Below the pieces are notes generated by a model that searched no databases, was not told the origin of the DNA, and worked only from the letters and a program-made list of their open reading frames with translations. A DNA stretch of 64,000 nucleotides. It comes from Candidatus Latescibacterota bacterium. GTDB lineage: Bacteria > Latescibacterota > UBA2968. The stretch lies in NCBI GenBank assembly GCA_965222605.1, contig OZ244960.1:1568001-1632000 (forward strand), read 5' to 3'. Of this stretch, positions 1 through 9,734 are shown one piece after another (the first letter of the stretch is position 1; each line of letters opens with the position of its first letter). The position numbers were made by a program, and so were the translations under genes.

Positions 1-117
1 GATAACGACCAATTATCCGTAACCATGCAAGAAAAAGATTCCGGCATTGCGCCCGGACAATTCGCCGTATTCTACGATGGCGACCTCTGCCTCGGCAGTG
101 CGGTAATTGATCACTGA
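1..117 (+). CDS. mnmA: tRNA 2-thiouridylase MnmA, C-terminal end (partial)
   Basis: Frame 1 translated by hand: DNDQLSVTMQEKDSGIAPGQFAVFYDGDLCLGSAVIDH*. This matches the MnmA C-terminal PGQxAVFYxGxxCLG motif. Confidence 0.8.
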   Translation, partial: DNDQLSVTMQEKDSGIAPGQFAVFYDGDLCLGSAVIDH

Positions 118-142
118 AACGAAAGAGCATAGGAAACCCAAC

Positions 143-1087
143 ATGAACAAAGTAGGACTGGTTCAGCATCCCGATTTTCAAAAACACGACACGGGAGGCG
201 CGCATCCCGAGCGACCCGAGCGATTAAAAACACTGCATGCCCATCTGGATGCAACGGGCCTGACAAAAGACCTCATAACACTCGAACCCAGACACGTCGA
301 TACCTCCTGGTTAGAAAAAGCACACACGACCGAGCATATTGCAAATGTAAAAGCGCGATGTACGCAAGGCATCACATATATGGATGATTTCGACACCAGG
401 ATTTGTCCGCTATCTTTTGACATAGCCCGACTCGCTACTGGCGCTACATTTGAAGCGATTGACGCGGTTATGGACGCACGCGTACACACGGCTTTTTGTG
501 CCGTGCGCCCTCCCGGGCACCATGCCGAACGCGATCACGCAATGGGATTTTGTCTGTTTAGCAACGCGGTCATTGCCGCGCGATATATTCAAGAAACATA
601 TTCCCTGGAACGCATAGCAATTGTAGATTGGGATGTACATCACGGCAATGGCACACAGCACATTTTAGAAACCGATCCCTCAGTATTCTTCTTCAGTATC
701 CACCAATACCCCCATTATCCCGGCACGGGATGGACTGACGAAACCGGTATTGGCGCAGGAGAAGGATTCACATTAAATGCACCCGTGCCCGCAGGCAGCG
801 ATGACGCAGTGTATTTGCGCATATTCGACGACGTATTTTTACCCGCCATGCACGCATTTAAACCGCAATTTGTCATTATCTCCGCTGGATTTGACGCGCA
901 CCGGTCCGACCCCTTGTCGGCCACTCAAGTGACAGAATCTGGTTTTGCCGAAATGACAAAGCGCGTGATGGCTGTCGCAAAAGATCACACAGATGGAAGG
1001 CTAATTTCTGTCCTGGAAGGTGGTTATGATCTCGGCGGCCTCTCGCGCAGCGTCGAATCCCATATAAAGGAGCTAATGAATGGGTGA
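143..1087 (+). CDS. Histone deacetylase family (AcuC/APAH-like) Zn-dependent deacetylase
   Basis: Motifs HPERPERL, RPPGHHA, GFCLF, DWDVHHGNGT, SAGFDAH and LEGGY. Start placed at ATG 143. Confidence 0.93.
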   Translation: MNKVGLVQHPDFQKHDTGGAHPERPERLKTLHAHLDATGLTKDLITLEPRHVDTSWLEKAHTTEHIANVKARCTQGITYMDDFDTRICPLSFDIARLATGATFEAIDAVMDARVHTAFCAVRPPGHHAERDHAMGFCLFSNAVIAARYIQETYSLERIAIVDWDVHHGNGTQHILETDPSVFFFSIHQYPHYPGTGWTDETGIGAGEGFTLNAPVPAGSDDAVYLRIFDDVFLPAMHAFKPQFVIISAGFDAHRSDPLSATQVTESGFAEMTKRVMAVAKDHTDGRLISVLEGGYDLGGLSRSVESHIKELMNG

Positions 1088-1970
1088 TACAAAAAAGATA
1101 ATAGTAGCATTTCAAGGGGAACACGGTGCATTCAGTGAAATGGCCGCGCGTTCGTACTTTGGCAAAGATGTCGAAGTCGTACCGCAACGCGATTTTTCAG
1201 CCCTGTTCGCGGCTGTCGCACAAGGAGAGTGTACGCACGGCATGGTACCAATTGAAAATTCATTAATGGGCAGCATTCACGAAAATTACGATCACCTATC
1301 GGCCCACCATTTACAGATCATCGGCGAACTGAAATTGCGCATCGTACACAATCTAATTGTAAATCCAGGAGTGAAATTAGAAGACATCCGCCATATCTAT
1401 TCCCAGGCACCTGCACTGGCTCAGTGTACAAAATTCACGGCATCTCTATCGCAGGCCGAAACGGTTATGACCTCCGATACCGCAGGAGCCGTGAAGGCAT
1501 TGAAAGCATCGGGCGCACGCGATGCGGCTGCTATAGCGAGTGCCCAGGCGGCCTGGGATTACGACCTGGAAATTTTGCAGGCGGGTATTGAAGACGACCA
1601 TCAAAATTACACGCGATTTTTGGTCGTCACACCCGAAGCGCTATTACCTGAAAACCCAGACATCCAAATGCCTGCAAAAACATCAATCGTATTCGCCATG
1701 AAAAATGTGCCCGGCGCATTGTTTAAAAGTCTGAGCGTATTTGCATTGCGCGACCTCAATCTGCTCAAAATCGAATCCCGCCCCCTTGCGGGCAAACCCT
1801 GGGAATACGCCTTCTCGCTCGACTTTGAGGGCCATATCCGTCAAGAACCCTGCGCTCGCGCCATTGAACATCTGCGGGAAATCGCCACCTTTGTAAAAAT
1901 TCTCGGTTCTTATCGACAAGGAGACATGGTCGAAGGCAAAGTTTGGAAACGTACAAAAAATAAAGTGTGA
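1080..1970 (+). CDS. pheA: Prephenate dehydratase with ACT domain
   Basis: Motifs AFQGEHGAFSE, VPIENS, NYTRF and LLKIESRP. Confidence 0.93.
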   Translation: MGDTKKIIVAFQGEHGAFSEMAARSYFGKDVEVVPQRDFSALFAAVAQGECTHGMVPIENSLMGSIHENYDHLSAHHLQIIGELKLRIVHNLIVNPGVKLEDIRHIYSQAPALAQCTKFTASLSQAETVMTSDTAGAVKALKASGARDAAAIASAQAAWDYDLEILQAGIEDDHQNYTRFLVVTPEALLPENPDIQMPAKTSIVFAMKNVPGALFKSLSVFALRDLNLLKIESRPLAGKPWEYAFSLDFEGHIRQEPCARAIEHLREIATFVKILGSYRQGDMVEGKVWKRTKNKV

Positions 1971-1981
1971 AAGGATTTTAC

Positions 1982-4108
1982 ATGGCAAGCCAAAGATACG
2001 AAAACCTGTATGCTCAAATAGAAACAGCACTGCGGGAAAAACCAAGACGCACGCAGCTTTACAACGCAGTCAAACGGGCGCGAGATGCACGGCGCACGGC
2101 AATTGATATTTTGCCACAAGGAGAGGCATTTCGAAAAGAAGTCCGCGAAATCAAAGTGCGGTGCCTGCACAAGCTGGACGACCTGGTCAATCAATTTGCC
2201 GCGAAAGTTGAATCGCGTGGGGCAAAGGTCTTTCTCGCAAAAGACGGTGCTGCTGCGATTGACTATATCTTAAAACTATCAGCAGAGAAAAACGCCGGGA
2301 CAGTGGCAAAATCAAAATCGCTAACAAGCGAAGAGATCGAAGTCAATCACCCGATGGAAGACGCGGGCTTAGAAGTAATTGAGACCGACCTCGGCGAGCT
2401 TATTATCCAGAAAGTCCACGAAAAACCATTCCATCTGGTATTTCCCGCTGTGCATAAAACCGCAGTTGAAGTGGCCGATATTTTCAAAAAAGCAACAGGT
2501 GAGGATGTCCCCAGCGATGTGGATGCGATTATGAAAATCGTGCGCAAATACCTGCGACCGATTTTTCTCAACGCCGATATCGGCATGACAGGCGCGAACG
2601 TGGGCGTTGCCGAATCGGGCACAATTCTGATCGAGACCAACGAAGGCAATGCCCGTCTGGTATCGAGCATTCCAGATGTACACATCTGCATTATGGGACG
2701 CGAAAAAGTAGTGGAAACAGTAGATGATGCGTTGCAAATGATGTTGGCACATCCCGTCAGCGCAGTCGGTCAACATACGACAACCTATGTAACGTGGATG
2801 AGTGGCAGGTCGCCTTTGGGGCAGGGCGAGGGACGAGCACCGCGAGAATCGCATATCATTATCCTGGACAATGGTCGCACCAGGATGCAAGAAGACCCCC
2901 TGTTTTCGGACGCACTCAACTGCATCCGCTGCGGCGCCTGTATGAATATCTGCCCGACCTACGGCGTGGTCGGTGGCCATGCATTTGGGTACATATACCC
3001 CGGGCCGATTGGCATACCCTGGACGGCTGAAGTTCACGGCTTAGATAAAGCAGGCGACTTCGCCCCGCTGTGTATTTCGTGTGGGTTGTGTAAAGAAATA
3101 TGCCCGGCAGAAATCGATATCCCGATGATGATTGCCGGGGTAAAAGACCGCGACAGCGAAGTGAATCCGCATCCGCGCGTCAATAAAATGCTGATGGCCG
3201 CTGAAAAAGCCGCAAAAATGGGCAGTTTGACAGCCCCCATATCCAACTGGATGATAGGCAATGGGCTGGTGCGATGGGTAATGGAAAAAGCAATGAGCAT
3301 TGATCGGCGGCGCCAGCTACCCAAATTCAGCCGAAAAACACTCGTGAAACGCTTCGCAAAACGCGGGCCGTCTCCCGTATCGAACCCCGTTCGCAAAGTG
3401 GCCTTTTTTACAGACCTATTTGCCAATTACAACGACCCCGACCTGGGAATGGCGGCAATCGAACGCCTGGAAGCACTCGGTTGCGAGGTCATCATCCCAC
3501 CTCAGAAAAGCAGCGGATACCCCTATATCGGCTACGGCGACCTGAAAAATGCGAAAAAAACTGCGCGCGAGAACGTGGATCTCCTCTTGCCCTATATACA
3601 GCAGGGCTATGAAGTAGTTGCAACAGAACCCACGGCAACGTATTGCCTGAAAATTTCATACCCCAAATTGCTCGATAAAGCAGACGATGTCGTTTCTGTC
3701 GCCAATCACACGTATGAATTCTTCGAGTTTTTATCCCTGCTCGAAAGCGATATTGCAGATGGTGAGCAGGATACTCTGCGCGGACGAGCATTTGGATTCC
3801 ACATCCCTTGCCACCAGCGTCCTCTGGGTGAAGGGGAACACGCAATGGCATTCTTGCGCCAGCGCGGTGCAGACGTCGCCCTCATCGAAACAGGCACCTG
3901 CTGTGGTATGGCGGGAACATTTGGCCTGAAAGTCGGACCCCTCGGTTACGAACTCGCGCAGGCTGTTGGAGAACCACTCTTCGAAAGTTTTCGCGAAGCC
4001 GATGTAGAAGCCATCATAACAGAAAGCAGCGTGTGCGCCATCCACCTCTCAGAAGGAACCGATCTCGCAGTCTGGCATCCGTTGAATCTGCTTCGTCTCC
4101 TGAAGTAG
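1982..4108 (+). CDS. lutB: LutB/LldF-type lactate-utilisation Fe-S protein fused to C-terminal CCG (GlpC-like) domains
   Basis: LUD motifs KSKSLTSEEI, ETDLGE and TNEGN; ferredoxin motifs CIRCGACMNICP and CISCGLCKEICP; C-terminal FHIPCH and CCGMAGTFG. Confidence 0.85.
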   Translation: MASQRYENLYAQIETALREKPRRTQLYNAVKRARDARRTAIDILPQGEAFRKEVREIKVRCLHKLDDLVNQFAAKVESRGAKVFLAKDGAAAIDYILKLSAEKNAGTVAKSKSLTSEEIEVNHPMEDAGLEVIETDLGELIIQKVHEKPFHLVFPAVHKTAVEVADIFKKATGEDVPSDVDAIMKIVRKYLRPIFLNADIGMTGANVGVAESGTILIETNEGNARLVSSIPDVHICIMGREKVVETVDDALQMMLAHPVSAVGQHTTTYVTWMSGRSPLGQGEGRAPRESHIIILDNGRTRMQEDPLFSDALNCIRCGACMNICPTYGVVGGHAFGYIYPGPIGIPWTAEVHGLDKAGDFAPLCISCGLCKEICPAEIDIPMMIAGVKDRDSEVNPHPRVNKMLMAAEKAAKMGSLTAPISNWMIGNGLVRWVMEKAMSIDRRRQLPKFSRKTLVKRFAKRGPSPVSNPVRKVAFFTDLFANYNDPDLGMAAIERLEALGCEVIIPPQKSSGYPYIGYGDLKNAKKTARENVDLLLPYIQQGYEVVATEPTATYCLKISYPKLLDKADDVVSVANHTYEFFEFLSLLESDIADGEQDTLRGRAFGFHIPCHQRPLGEGEHAMAFLRQRGADVALIETGTCCGMAGTFGLKVGPLGYELAQAVGEPLFESFREADVEAIITESSVCAIHLSEGTDLAVWHPLNLLRLLK

Positions 4109-4155
4109 AAACAAAAAGTGCAATCCATTAAAAAAAACTTGCATTTTAACACAAG

Positions 4156-4175
4156 TGTATTATATTAGTAATACA
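4156..4175. promoter_or_regulatory. YtrA/GntR-type operator overlapping the promoter of the GntR-ABC operon
   Basis: Perfect inverted repeat TGTATTA-N6-TAATACA 26 bp upstream of the GntR start; -35-like TTGCAT at 4139-4144. Confidence 0.75.
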
Positions 4176-4201
4176 GTAATTCACCTATAAGAGAATACCT
4201 C

Positions 4202-4597
4202 ATGTTGATCTCGATTGACCATCATAATGGCATCCCCGTTTTCCGTCAGATTATCGACCAGGTGAAATTTCATGTGGTCAGCGGGCTGCTCGCGCCGGGT
4301 GACGAGTTGCTCTCAACCCGTGCATTATCGGGGCGACTGGGACTCAACCCAATGACAGTGAGCAAAGCGTACAGCCTGTTGGAAGCAGAGGGATTGGTCG
4401 AGCGGCGGCGCGGGCGACCTTTGACTGTAAAACCCTTACGAGATCAGACCGTACACGCTGAAAAACTGGCACAACTCAAACCACAACTCACGCAATTGGC
4501 AACAATGGTTCGACAGTTAGGGGTTGATCGGGCGGAAGTCGTGGATCTTTTCATCTCCATATTAAATGCCCTGGAGGAAGATAATCATGATACCTGA
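4202..4597 (+). CDS. GntR family, YtrA subfamily transcriptional regulator
   Basis: PVFRQIIDQV...LLSTRALS...NPMTVSKAYSLLE winged HTH with a short C-terminus, immediately upstream of an ABC ATPase. Confidence 0.92.
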   Translation: MLISIDHHNGIPVFRQIIDQVKFHVVSGLLAPGDELLSTRALSGRLGLNPMTVSKAYSLLEAEGLVERRRGRPLTVKPLRDQTVHAEKLAQLKPQLTQLATMVRQLGVDRAEVVDLFISILNALEEDNHDT

Positions 4598-5477
4598 CCA
4601 GACATCTGTATTTGAAGCCACATCTTTGACCAAAAAATTCGGTGACACCATAGCTCTCAATTCCGTAACGCTCTCTCTTGGGGCGCATCGAGTAATTGGA
4701 TTGATCGGACGAAATGGCGGAGGCAAAACCACCTTAATCCGGCACATGATTGGCCTGTATTTGCCCACAGAGGGAACGTGTAAAACACTGGGACGCGCGT
4801 GCGATCAATTGGGAGCAACCGAGCTTTCGCGCATGGGTGTGGTACACCAGGAAAATCAATTTTTCGAATGGATGACCGTCGAACAGCATCTGCACTATGT
4901 AGCCTCGTTTTACGAGGTCTGGGACCGCGATCTAGAAGCGCATCTGCTGCGCGAACTCGAACTGGAAACATCCGCGCGCGTGGGCAACCTGTCTTCGGGT
5001 AACATGCAAAAACTGGGCATTATTCTGGCAGTGTGTCATCATCCCGAGCTATTGATCTTAGATGAGCCAGCCAGTGGCCTGGATCCTATCGCGCGAGAGA
5101 CATTGTTGAAATTTTTGATGACACTTTTGGCTGAGGACGAAAACACAATTTTGATCTCCTCGCATATTCTGCGAGACATCGAAAAAATCGTGGATTGGGT
5201 CGTATGTCTCGACGAAGGTAAGGTCAAAGCCGACAAATCGCTGGACGATCTGCACCAGACCTATGCGAAGTGGACAGTAACGGGAAGCAATTTGCCCCAG
5301 CGATTTTCTGAACCTTATATCCTGTCGCAAACAGTGAACGGGGTACAAGCACATTTGATAGTCAATCAAGCACTGGGCAATGCAGATCAATTCAAGCAAA
5401 CTCATCGGGCTGATATCACCAGTCAGGCACTGAACCTCGACCAACTATTTCCCATCCTGATTCGAGAGGGTATGTAA
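4587..5477 (+). CDS. ABC transporter ATP-binding protein (YtrB-like)
   Basis: Walker A GRNGGGKTT, signature LSSGN, Walker B LILDEP, H-loop ISSHIL. Confidence 0.93.
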   Translation: MIPDQTSVFEATSLTKKFGDTIALNSVTLSLGAHRVIGLIGRNGGGKTTLIRHMIGLYLPTEGTCKTLGRACDQLGATELSRMGVVHQENQFFEWMTVEQHLHYVASFYEVWDRDLEAHLLRELELETSARVGNLSSGNMQKLGIILAVCHHPELLILDEPASGLDPIARETLLKFLMTLLAEDENTILISSHILRDIEKIVDWVVCLDEGKVKADKSLDDLHQTYAKWTVTGSNLPQRFSEPYILSQTVNGVQAHLIVNQALGNADQFKQTHRADITSQALNLDQLFPILIREGM

Positions 5478-6943
5478 TGGGCATTCTTCCATTTTTCACA
5501 TTTTTGCGAAGCCCTGTTTACATTCTCATCGCACTTTTTGCATATCTGTTGCTCGCCTATGTCTTGTCGTCTTCCCAAGCAGATCGGATCTCTGTATTCG
5601 TTTTGTTTTTCTTTATTGAATTTTGGGGCGGGACTATCGGCAGTATGGTAGGAGAGAACCAGTATCGGATGCTCACATGGACCCTGCCGCATTTTCGCAA
5701 GCGTCTGCTAATCTGGTCGGCAATAGTCGGACTATTTTCCATTATAGCGTGGACGGCTGCGCTGACGTTTGCACCCCTCAATGCGTCCTGGTCAACGATT
5801 TTGCTATTGAATCTGAGCCTCTTTTGTATCGGATTTGCCTTTTCAGGAGGTTGGAGCTTTGGTATCCAGCACCTCAGATTGGTTTCCATGTGCCGGACCT
5901 TCATCGTGTTCCTGGGGCTGGCATTAGCCTATTGGTGGCAAGAGGTACTCGCTTTTGGAGAGCAACAAAAGTTGGGGTTGGCTCTCATCGCATCCGCTAT
6001 CGCAATTGGAGCTTATTATTTCGCCTTTAACCAGACAACTTTTCGGAGGAAGCCATTTTTTTTCGTTCTTCCACTGCGCTTAACCCTTTTTCCTCAAACC
6101 CGAGAGATTTGGGAAAAAAATAGATTGAACAGGCGAAAGGTGAGTACCAGGGTATGGCATCTCGATCACATCGGTACAGGCATCTTCAATTGGCTGCGTG
6201 CTGGGCGGTATGAAAGTTCTGGTCTGGGTGGGTGGAGATGGCCTCTTTCCGCGTTTACTGCAGTATTGGCAATGGTGTTTTTCTTCATTGGCATGATAAC
6301 GTCTATGTTCGGGTTGTCGGATCGGTCTCCGTACGATTTTGAGACGCTATTAAAAACGATTTATCACATGATTTTTTATTTTGAACAGTTGGACTCCAAG
6401 GTCACAGGGGATATATTCGGCGCAGTGTTTGTCGGCATTTGTATGTATCTCTTTATTCCTCCTATTTCATTAAACAAAGGGTACGTCTATCCGCTTTCTC
6501 GCACCCAGCGGATGTGGATTCGGTATAGCAGTTTGCTGCTGCAAAATATTTCTTTTTTTGCAGCATCTATTCTGGTATTGGGTGTTCTGGGCATCCTGGC
6601 GGGAGCAAAGATCGGGTTTGTGTCTGAAGGAGATATTTCCCTGAGAATACTTTGTGTCCTTGGGTGGTGGGTCGTTCTGTTACCGATGTTGCAGTGGTTA
6701 CAAGTCAAATATGACCTGTATGAATTTCAAAGAACTCGGCGACAGATATGTGGGATGGCTTTTCTGCTCCTGGTCATGATTTTGTCTTTTGGAATCGCTG
6801 GTTTTACCAGTCTGATGCGTACCCGATATCCCGATTTGATGTTGACCTATGAAGCGCCGATCCTTTTTGTCTGTTTTATTTTTCTGCAATGGTTCCTATT
6901 GAGTCGGCTCAAACGGTATTATGCGACACAGGATCTGGTTTAG
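5477..6943 (+). CDS. Multi-TM ABC exporter permease, copy 1
   Basis: Many hydrophobic segments; translationally coupled (TAATG) to the ATPase; close paralog at 8013-9497. Confidence 0.75.
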   Translation: MGILPFFTFLRSPVYILIALFAYLLLAYVLSSSQADRISVFVLFFFIEFWGGTIGSMVGENQYRMLTWTLPHFRKRLLIWSAIVGLFSIIAWTAALTFAPLNASWSTILLLNLSLFCIGFAFSGGWSFGIQHLRLVSMCRTFIVFLGLALAYWWQEVLAFGEQQKLGLALIASAIAIGAYYFAFNQTTFRRKPFFFVLPLRLTLFPQTREIWEKNRLNRRKVSTRVWHLDHIGTGIFNWLRAGRYESSGLGGWRWPLSAFTAVLAMVFFFIGMITSMFGLSDRSPYDFETLLKTIYHMIFYFEQLDSKVTGDIFGAVFVGICMYLFIPPISLNKGYVYPLSRTQRMWIRYSSLLLQNISFFAASILVLGVLGILAGAKIGFVSEGDISLRILCVLGWWVVLLPMLQWLQVKYDLYEFQRTRRQICGMAFLLLVMILSFGIAGFTSLMRTRYPDLMLTYEAPILFVCFIFLQWFLLSRLKRYYATQDLV

Positions 6944-6981
6944 TAACCAGGTGGTTTAACTTTATCAGGAGGGAATGTGAA

Positions 6982-7845
6982 ATGAAACGTATAATTCTTT
7001 TTTTGGGGGCATACCTGTTGAGCATTCATGTGGCAGTAGCCCAGGATACAACACAGGAAACACAAAATATATGCCAGCTTAATTTTCACAATTTCGAAAT
7101 TGAAGATAGCAAAAAAGAAGAGATAGAACGCGGCGTACGAATGATGATCAAGATTTACAAAAATGTCTTTGATTTCAACGTATCTAAAAATTTTCAGATT
7201 GCGTTTCAGATATTTGGTGACCGTAACGATTATATCAAATATCGAGATGAAAATAGTGGTTCGAGTTCTGGGGTAGGATATTATGCTGTTGGAGAGAAAA
7301 AGGCAGTGATCGGACAATATTGTGATCGTTGTAATTGTTACATCAAGACCATATATCACGAAGCAAGTCACGCGATCTTGCATGAGCATTTATGGCATCC
7401 CAAATGGCTGCAAGAAGGCATAGCAGAGTATTTTGAGATGATAGAGGTATATGACGATAAAGTGGTTATTGGTTTTTCACCCGATCGTGACAAGGCGTGT
7501 CAAGAGTGGCTGGAAGAAGATCAATTGATGCCATTAAATGATCTCTTAACCCTGTCTAAATCTCAGTTCAACAAACAAAATTCCAAAATGCGGTCCCAGG
7601 CATGGTCATTTATTTATTTTCTAATGTCATCAAAAGAGGGGCAAAGCATTCTCAAGAATCTAATCTGGGAGATGAATCAGGCAGCGGGGGCGAAACCGAG
7701 TATATGGAATAGGCTCAGATTTAATTTCCTTTACGATAATCGGGAAATCGTGGAACGCGCAATACCACAGGGGATTGAGGCTTTGGATCAAAAATGGCGG
7801 GCATGGATACCACAGCAACGAGAGAAACAGGAGTTTCTTTTTTAG
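6982..7845 (+). CDS. Secreted HEXXH zinc metallopeptidase (DUF1570/peptidase MA-like)
   Basis: Signal peptide MKRIILFLGAYLLSIHVAVA; HEASH followed by WLQEGIAEYF (gluzincin third ligand); RBS GGAGG. Confidence 0.75.
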   Translation: MKRIILFLGAYLLSIHVAVAQDTTQETQNICQLNFHNFEIEDSKKEEIERGVRMMIKIYKNVFDFNVSKNFQIAFQIFGDRNDYIKYRDENSGSSSGVGYYAVGEKKAVIGQYCDRCNCYIKTIYHEASHAILHEHLWHPKWLQEGIAEYFEMIEVYDDKVVIGFSPDRDKACQEWLEEDQLMPLNDLLTLSKSQFNKQNSKMRSQAWSFIYFLMSSKEGQSILKNLIWEMNQAAGAKPSIWNRLRFNFLYDNREIVERAIPQGIEALDQKWRAWIPQQREKQEFLF

Positions 7846-7918
7846 CGTTCAGTAAACTCACATTGGGAGATTGAGATGGCGTATCCAAATCTAAAGCAGT
7901 CTATTTGGCTGCTGGTAT

Positions 7919-8012
7919 TGAGGACGAAAACACAATTTTGATCTCCTCGCATATCTTGCGAGATACTAAATCTCGACCAGCTATTTCCCATCCTGATTCA
8001 GGAGGGTATGTA
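7919..8012 (+). pseudogene. Internally deleted duplicate of the 3' part of the ABC ATPase gene
   Basis: 7919-7965 nearly repeats 5132-5177 (EDENTILISSHILRD) and is joined directly to a near-copy of 5430-5476. Confidence 0.85.
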
Positions 8013-9497
8013 ATGGGCATTTTTCCATTTTTCACATTTTTCCGAAGCCCTGTTTACATTCTCATCGCACTTTTTGCATATCTGTTGCTCGCCTATGTCT
8101 CGTGGACTGCCGACAGAGATCAGTTCTTTGTGTTTCTCGTATTTCTGTTGTTTTTCTTCAGTGGATTTTGGGGCTATACTATCGGCGGTATTATAGCGGA
8201 GAACCAGCATCGCATGCTCACCTGGACCCTGCCACATTTTCGCAAGCGTCTGATGGTGTGGTCAATAATTGTCGGACTATTTTCCGTTGTAGCGTGGACG
8301 GCTGCGCTGACGTTTGCTCCCCTCAATGTGTCCTGGTCAACAATCTTGCTAATAAATTTGAGTTTTTATTATTTCGGATTTGTCTGTACAGCGGGTTGGG
8401 ATTTTGGTGTTTATCATTCTATGTTGATCCAGGCAGGTCAGACCATGCTATTTTTTTTATTTCTCGTATTGGCTTTTTTTTGGCAAGAGGTGCTCGCCTT
8501 TGGAGAGCAACAAAACTTGGGGTTGGTTTTCATCGCATTTGCCATCACAATTGCGGCTTATTATTTTTCGTTTAAGCAGACAACTTTTCGGAGAAAGCCT
8601 CTTTCCTTGTTATGGTCACCGAGATCGGTTTTTTATCCTCATATCTGGGAGATGTGGAAAAGGGATGCGATGAAGAGGCGAAAGGCGAGTACCAGGGTAT
8701 GGCATCTCGATCACATCGGTACAGGCATCTTCAATTGGCTGCGTGCGGGCCGGTATGAAAATAGTGGTGGCAAGCTATGGCTATGGCTGCTTCCCGGGTT
8801 TAGTGCAGTATTGGCAATGGTGTTCTATTTCATTGGCATAATGACGCATGGATTCGGGATATTGGATCGGTCTCCTTACGATTTTGAGACGGTATTGAAA
8901 ACGGTTTATCACATGACCTTTTATTTTGACCAGTTGGACTCTAAAATCGCCATCAATATATCTCTTTCAGCGTTTGTCGGCATTTGGGCGTATATGACGT
9001 ATATTTGGAGTCATCCTTTTTTTCTAAAAAAAGGGTATATTTATCCGCTTTCTCGCACCCAGCGGATGTGGATTTGGTATTGTGGTTTTCTGGTGCAAAA
9101 TATTTCTTTTTTTATAGTATCTATACTGGTGTTGGGCGTTCTGGGCATCCTGGCGGGGGCAAAGATCGGATTTGTATCTGAAGGGGATATTTCCTTGAGA
9201 ATACTTTGTGTTTTTGGGTGGGCAGTGGTTCTTTGGCCGATGTTTCAGTGGTTACAAGTCAAATATCACCTGTATGAATTTCCAAGAACGCGGCGACAAA
9301 TATGGGGAGTGGCTTTTCTGCTCCTAATCATGATTTTGGCTTGTGGAATCGCTGGTTTTGCCGCTCTGATGCGTGTCCGATATCCCGATTTGATGCTGAT
9401 CTATGAAGTGCCGATTCTTTTTGTCTGTTTTATTCTTTTGCAATGGTTCCTATTGAGTCGGCTCAAACGGTATTACGCGACACAGGACCTGATTTAG
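8013..9497 (+). CDS. Multi-TM ABC exporter permease, copy 2
   Basis: Shares long identical blocks with 5477-6943 (STRVWHLDHIGTGIFNWLRAGRYE; QWFLLSRLKRYYATQDL). Confidence 0.78.
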   Translation: MGIFPFFTFFRSPVYILIALFAYLLLAYVSWTADRDQFFVFLVFLLFFFSGFWGYTIGGIIAENQHRMLTWTLPHFRKRLMVWSIIVGLFSVVAWTAALTFAPLNVSWSTILLINLSFYYFGFVCTAGWDFGVYHSMLIQAGQTMLFFLFLVLAFFWQEVLAFGEQQNLGLVFIAFAITIAAYYFSFKQTTFRRKPLSLLWSPRSVFYPHIWEMWKRDAMKRRKASTRVWHLDHIGTGIFNWLRAGRYENSGGKLWLWLLPGFSAVLAMVFYFIGIMTHGFGILDRSPYDFETVLKTVYHMTFYFDQLDSKIAINISLSAFVGIWAYMTYIWSHPFFLKKGYIYPLSRTQRMWIWYCGFLVQNISFFIVSILVLGVLGILAGAKIGFVSEGDISLRILCVFGWAVVLWPMFQWLQVKYHLYEFPRTRRQIWGVAFLLLIMILACGIAGFAALMRVRYPDLMLIYEVPILFVCFILLQWFLLSRLKRYYATQDLI

Positions 9498-9734
9498 TAA
9501 CCGCGAGTTTTTAAGTAGATTGATAAATCAATCGGATGGTATAGTGATTGCGATGCGTTCAACTCGAATCTCGTAGGACTAAAGGCATAATTTTGGTATA
9601 ATTATGCATATAAGCATTTGTTTTCTCATAGATTTTTTAATTTTTTATACACGTTAATAGCGTTTAAGATTTTGGAGAGGGTTATCCATTCTTTTACAAA
9701 CGTATGTATCCCCATACCTGAAAAAATAACGTGT

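Noticed and set aside
9518-9533. GATTGAT-AA-ATCAATC as an FNR box
   Set aside because: The spacer between TTGAT and ATCAA is 2 bp rather than 4; it could be another operator but nothing supports that.
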